A DNA stretch of 64,000 nt from Candidatus Cloacimonadales bacterium (GTDB lineage: Bacteria > Cloacimonadota > Cloacimonadia > Cloacimonadales > JAFGVF01): positions 480,001 through 544,000 of the forward strand of contig OY782781.1 in the NCBI GenBank assembly GCA_963678315.1. The letters run 5' to 3'. How positions within the stretch are numbered: the first letter of the stretch is position 1; each line of letters starts with the position of its first letter. The notes under the pieces were generated by a model. It was given only the letters and a program-made list of their open reading frames with translations, was not told where the DNA came from and did not search any database. This document shows, piece after piece, positions 60,248 through 64,000 of this stretch. The position numbers and the translations under genes are program-made.

Positions 60248-63200
60248 TTATTTAGTCAACAAAATTTTAGTAGTTTGCTGTAATTTATTTTGTTTCATTT
60301 TAACAAAATACATACCTGAAGCTACTTTATTACCTCTATTATCCACACCATTCCAAACAACACTGTAGTTACCAGCTGTTTTGTTATCATTTACAAGAGT
60401 CTTTACTAATTGGCCCTTAATGTTATAAACTTTGATACTAACAATAGAAGTATCGGCAACTGAATAAAGAATGTTAGTAGAAGGGTTAAATGGATTTGGG
60501 TAGTTAGATAATTTTCCACCATTAAAAGCTACAGTTTCTTGGTCTTTGTTTCCTACGAATGGGAAAACACCTAAGTCAGCAATTGAACCATCAGGATCGA
60601 ATTCTTCTTCAGGGTCACCAGCATCGATACAAGGAGAACCAGCAGCTAGATGGTATTGAATATATTTTTCAGCTAAATCGTCTTTAGCTTGGTCATCACC
60701 TATGAATTCAGGGTTTTCATTAATGTTTTGAATTCCAGGGAATAGGTCACCATTTGGAAGTGATATATTATTATAGTTTGCCTCAATATAATCATAGTCA
60801 TTAACAATGTTGCTTTCAGGGTCATCGTCCCAGATTACATTATTAACTAAGTATGAATCAGTATATTTTGAATAAAGAGCTTTCTCGAAATTAACGATAG
60901 TATTATTTATCAAAGTAACTTCTTGAGTATTTTTTACATCAACTGCTTTTGAATTATTCTTATCATAAGTAATAAAGATTAGGTTTCTATTAACATTACT
61001 CTTTGCTTGAGTACCAGTAACTTTCACTGCTGGATCACATGATTTAATAACATTATTATCAATATTTGAATTTAGTTTACCACTAAGTTCAATACCTTTA
61101 ATTGAACCTCTTCGGTCATCACTTTGATAAATTTCAGTATTTACGATAGCAACATCTACTTCATTGTTGTAGTTGTTCTTGAAATATATTGAATAATCAT
61201 AATCTGAAATATTAGAGTTATCGATAGCTAAGTTTGTATTACCTTTTACATAGATAGCCTTTGAATTACTCTTATCATTGTTCATTTGATTAATCACAAT
61301 ATTCTCAAGATTTACATCTACTTCATTAGAATAAGAAGTTAACTGAATAGCATTCTTGTAGTTTTGAACAGTTACGTTACTGATTGAATAAGAGTTATTA
61401 CCTTTAGATTTAATACCATAACTTTGAGCTCTAGCATCTTCAGTAAGTGTTATAGAAACATTATCAATTGTGTGGTCTCCATCACTTTGAACATCTATTG
61501 CTAAGTCATAGTTTTCTAATTCACAGTTAGTAATTGTAGCTTGGTCACAACCATCAATTTGGATAGCTTTAGATGTAGCTCTTAGAGTTTTCCAGCTTTC
61601 AGGTGAAAGATAAACTCTAGTTTGATCTAGTACTGGAGTTGTTAAATCTTCATCATCATCTTCACCTTTCTTGATTGTGATACCTTCATCATAGTTTTCT
61701 ACTTCTACATTAGTTAGAATAGGGCTAATGTCACCATCATAAACGATACCTTTTGTAGTTCCACGACTATTCTTCCAGCTTTCAGGTGAAAGATAAACTC
61801 TAGTTTGATCTAATACTGGAGTTGTTAGATCTTCATCATCGTCTTCACCCTTCTTAATAGTGATACCTTCATCATAGTTTTCTACTTCTACATTAGTGAT
61901 TGTTGATTCTGTGTATCCTTCAACAACTATACCCTTTGTAGTTCCACGACTATTCTTCCAGCTTTCAGGTGAAAGATAAACTCTAGTTTGGTCTAATACT
62001 GGAGTTGTTAAATCTTCGTCATCGTCTTCACCTTTCTTAATGGTGATACCTTCATCATAGTTTCCAACTTCTACGTTTGATAGAGTAGGGTCTATTTTAC
62101 CGTCAACTACTATACCTTTAGTAGTTGTTCTAATAGTTTTCCAGCTTTCAGGTGAAAGATAAACTCTAGTTTGGTCTAGTACTGGAGTTGTTAAATCTTC
62201 ATCATCGTCTTCACCCTTCTTAATGGTGATACCTTCATCATAGTTTTCTACTTCTACATTTGATAGGGTTGGGCTGATTTTACCTTCAACTACTATACCT
62301 TTTGTAGTTGTTCTTGTAGTTTTCCAGCTTTCAGGTGAAAGATAAACTCTAGTTTGATCTAGTACTGGAGTTGTTAAATCCTCGTCATCATCTTCACCTT
62401 TACGAATTGTGATACCTTCATCGTAGTTTTCTACTTCTACATTTGATAAAGTTGGTTCTGTAGAACCTTCAACAATGATTCCTTTTGTAGTTCCACGACT
62501 ATTCTTCCAGCTTTCTGGAGAAAGATAAACTCTAGTTTGATCTAGTACAGGAGTTGTTAAATCTTCGTCATCATCTTCACCTTTACGGATTGTGATACCT
62601 TCATCGTAGTTTTCTATTTCTAGATTAGTTATATTGATTGTAGATTCAATAACAATACCTTTAGTATCTGTAGATCTACCAGACTTCCAACTTTCAGGTG
62701 AAAGATAAACTCTAGTTTGGTCTAATACAGGAGTTGTTAAATCTTCATCATCATCTTCACCCTTCTTAATGGTGATACCAGTCATATAACCAATGACTTC
62801 TAAGTTTGAGATTTGAGATCCATAAGTATCTTCAACATAAAAACCTGATGTGAAATCATCACTTCCATATCCTTGAATTACTAGATGATCAATATTGCTA
62901 GTTTTACTTGCATAAAAACCTTCGAGTGCACCAACCATCACAGTATGATTAAGAACTGTTTCTTGGTTATTAGAAGAAATCTTTAACCATTCACCATTCT
63001 CGTTTTCAGGAAGAAAGCTTACCACATCATCTTCAGTTCCATTTGTGACAAATGTTCCGTTAACAGTTAATGCTATATCATCAGCCATCAAAACTGTTAC
63101 ACCAGCTTGGACAACTAAAGATTGACCTTGTGCAATCTCAACATCATTATGAATTATATATGGACTATTTTCAATTGTCCATTCTCCTTCAATCTGTGAT

Positions 63201-63274
63201 GAAGAAATGTTGGTCTCTGCAGAAACAGCAAGGAACAAGATTAAAATATTTAAAATTAACAGCAACCTTTTCAT
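60248..63274 (-). CDS. Secreted right-handed beta-helix protein with 61-aa tandem repeats and FlgD-Ig/T9SS-like tail
   Basis: Signal peptide from ATG 63274 (AAGGAG RBS); GEWTIENSPY start; SPCIDAGDP; NYPNPFNP tail. Confidence 0.88.
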   Translation of the reverse strand: MKRLLLILNILILFLAVSAETNISSSQIEGEWTIENSPYIIHNDVEIAQGQSLVVQAGVTVLMADDIALTVNGTFVTNGTEDDVVSFLPENENGEWLKISSNNQETVLNHTVMVGALEGFYASKTSNIDHLVIQGYGSDDFTSGFYVEDTYGSQISNLEVIGYMTGITIKKGEDDDEDLTTPVLDQTRVYLSPESWKSGRSTDTKGIVIESTINITNLEIENYDEGITIRKGEDDDEDLTTPVLDQTRVYLSPESWKNSRGTTKGIIVEGSTEPTLSNVEVENYDEGITIRKGEDDDEDLTTPVLDQTRVYLSPESWKTTRTTTKGIVVEGKISPTLSNVEVENYDEGITIKKGEDDDEDLTTPVLDQTRVYLSPESWKTIRTTTKGIVVDGKIDPTLSNVEVGNYDEGITIKKGEDDDEDLTTPVLDQTRVYLSPESWKNSRGTTKGIVVEGYTESTITNVEVENYDEGITIKKGEDDDEDLTTPVLDQTRVYLSPESWKNSRGTTKGIVYDGDISPILTNVEVENYDEGITIKKGEDDDEDLTTPVLDQTRVYLSPESWKTLRATSKAIQIDGCDQATITNCELENYDLAIDVQSDGDHTIDNVSITLTEDARAQSYGIKSKGNNSYSISNVTVQNYKNAIQLTSYSNEVDVNLENIVINQMNNDKSNSKAIYVKGNTNLAIDNSNISDYDYSIYFKNNYNNEVDVAIVNTEIYQSDDRRGSIKGIELSGKLNSNIDNNVIKSCDPAVKVTGTQAKSNVNRNLIFITYDKNNSKAVDVKNTQEVTLINNTIVNFEKALYSKYTDSYLVNNVIWDDDPESNIVNDYDYIEANYNNISLPNGDLFPGIQNINENPEFIGDDQAKDDLAEKYIQYHLAAGSPCIDAGDPEEEFDPDGSIADLGVFPFVGNKDQETVAFNGGKLSNYPNPFNPSTNILYSVADTSIVSIKVYNIKGQLVKTLVNDNKTAGNYSVVWNGVDNRGNKVASGMYFVKMKQNKLQQTTKILLTK
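61590..62780 (-). repeat. Seven intragenic tandem repeats (mostly 183 bp / 61 aa)
   Basis: GEDDDEDLTTPVLDQTRVYLSPESWK occurs seven times; TCCAGCTTTCAGG at 61591 and 61774 gives a 183-bp period. Confidence 0.97.
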
Positions 63275-63330
63275 AACTTTCTCCTTTTTTATATAATCAT
63301 TATTAATTTTCAAAGTTACACCTTTCTATA

Positions 63331-63347
63331 ATGCATGATAAATTCCA
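63331..63347 (-). promoter_or_regulatory. Putative sigma54 promoter of the repeat-protein gene
   Basis: Minus strand TGGAATTTATCATGCAT fits GG-N10-GC, about 57 nt upstream of ATG 63274; adjacent to a sigma54 activator gene. Confidence 0.55.
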
Positions 63348-63472
63348 CAACTATCAAATATTTTACATTTATTTTTATTATAATTATCTATCTATTTATC
63401 AGATACTTACACACCATTACACACATCTATCCTGTTCAATATAGGATTATTAGCCTTACAGTACTTGTAACA

Positions 63473-64000
63473 TTATGTCTCATTTGTGACATTATTACCC
63501 AGTTTTGTAATGTTAAGGTCTTCAATCTTCCTATACAGAGTCTTTCTATGCATCTGAAGTATTTTACAAGCTTCTGATTTATTCCAATCGCACTTCTCAA
63601 GCGCATTTATAATAATTTTCTTCTCAGTTTGCCTAATAATCTCAGTAAAGCTTAATCCATCAAAATCATCAATTTGACTATATGCATGTTTGATTTCAAT
63701 AGCTAAATCTTCCGGTCTTAATTCATCACTATGACAATATAACACAGCTGTAAAAATAATGTGCTTTAATTCCCTTACATTTCCAGGCCAAGAGTACTGT
63801 AATAAGAGTTCTTCTGTTTCTTTGCTAAAGCCATTTATCTTTTTATTAAATTCTTCATTCGCCTTACTAAGGAAGTAGTCAGCAATTAGTATTATATCGT
63901 CTTCTCTTTCTCTTAATTCTGGAAGGTTTAGAAAAATCTCATTTAATCTATAGTATAAATCATCGCGAAATCTGTTCTGTTTGATTAATTCTTCAAAGTC
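63473..64000 (-). CDS. Sigma54-dependent transcriptional activator (C-terminal part; start outside the window)
   Basis: Frame reads ...FRDDLYYRLN...LPELRER.DDI...YSWPGNVRELKH...WNKSEACKILQMHRKTLYRKI. Confidence 0.93.
   Translation of the reverse strand, partial: DFEELIKQNRFRDDLYYRLNEIFLNLPELREREDDIILIADYFLSKANEEFNKKINGFSKETEELLLQYSWPGNVRELKHIIFTAVLYCHSDELRPEDLAIEIKHAYSQIDDFDGLSFTEIIRQTEKKIIINALEKCDWNKSEACKILQMHRKTLYRKIEDLNITKLGNNVTNET

Noticed and set aside
61590..62780. Repeat-spacer pattern as a CRISPR array
   Set aside because: The period is 183 bp, the repeats are in frame inside a CDS with synonymous variation, the spacers are homologous to each other, and no cas genes are present.

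Overview
AT-rich bacterial chromosomal window, standard genetic code. The host is probably a Candidatus Cloacimonadota-like diderm anaerobe. This is an inference from three secreted proteins with 'NYPNPFNP' FlgD-Ig/T9SS-like tails, plus TolC/Omp85 genes, fhs and hutH. Housekeeping content: rlmH-rsmG-parAB followed by an F1Fo ATP synthase operon, uraA, an RND efflux set, hutH, dxs-yhbY-mnmE, alaS, fhs and ileS. Accessory content: a DsbD/thioredoxin envelope-redox operon, a MrfAB/YprAB-like helicase-exonuclease pair, an intact IS21, an NtrC-type regulator, an Mrr-like nuclease, a tandem deoxynucleoside kinase, DarTG, a cyclase-NTPase-TPR protein and a sigma54-linked beta-helix repeat protein. 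Four observations stand out. (1) Two annotated ORFs (10446-10889 and 10911-12851) are in the same frame, joined by a single UGA in a C-E-S-U motif and followed by a GC-rich SECIS-like stem-loop. This suggests an unannotated 742-aa secreted selenoprotein. (2) The ATP synthase encodes both a single two-carboxylate Na+-type c subunit and a triplicated six-helix c subunit whose middle hairpin lacks the ion-binding Glu. (3) Large intergenic gaps are mosaics of several REP/MITE-like palindrome families, and the IS21 has inserted into one of them with a 7-bp target duplication. (4) A surface protein carries seven 61-aa repeats with an invariant 26-aa core, under a putative sigma54 promoter. All family assignments come from motif recognition only; no database searches were run.
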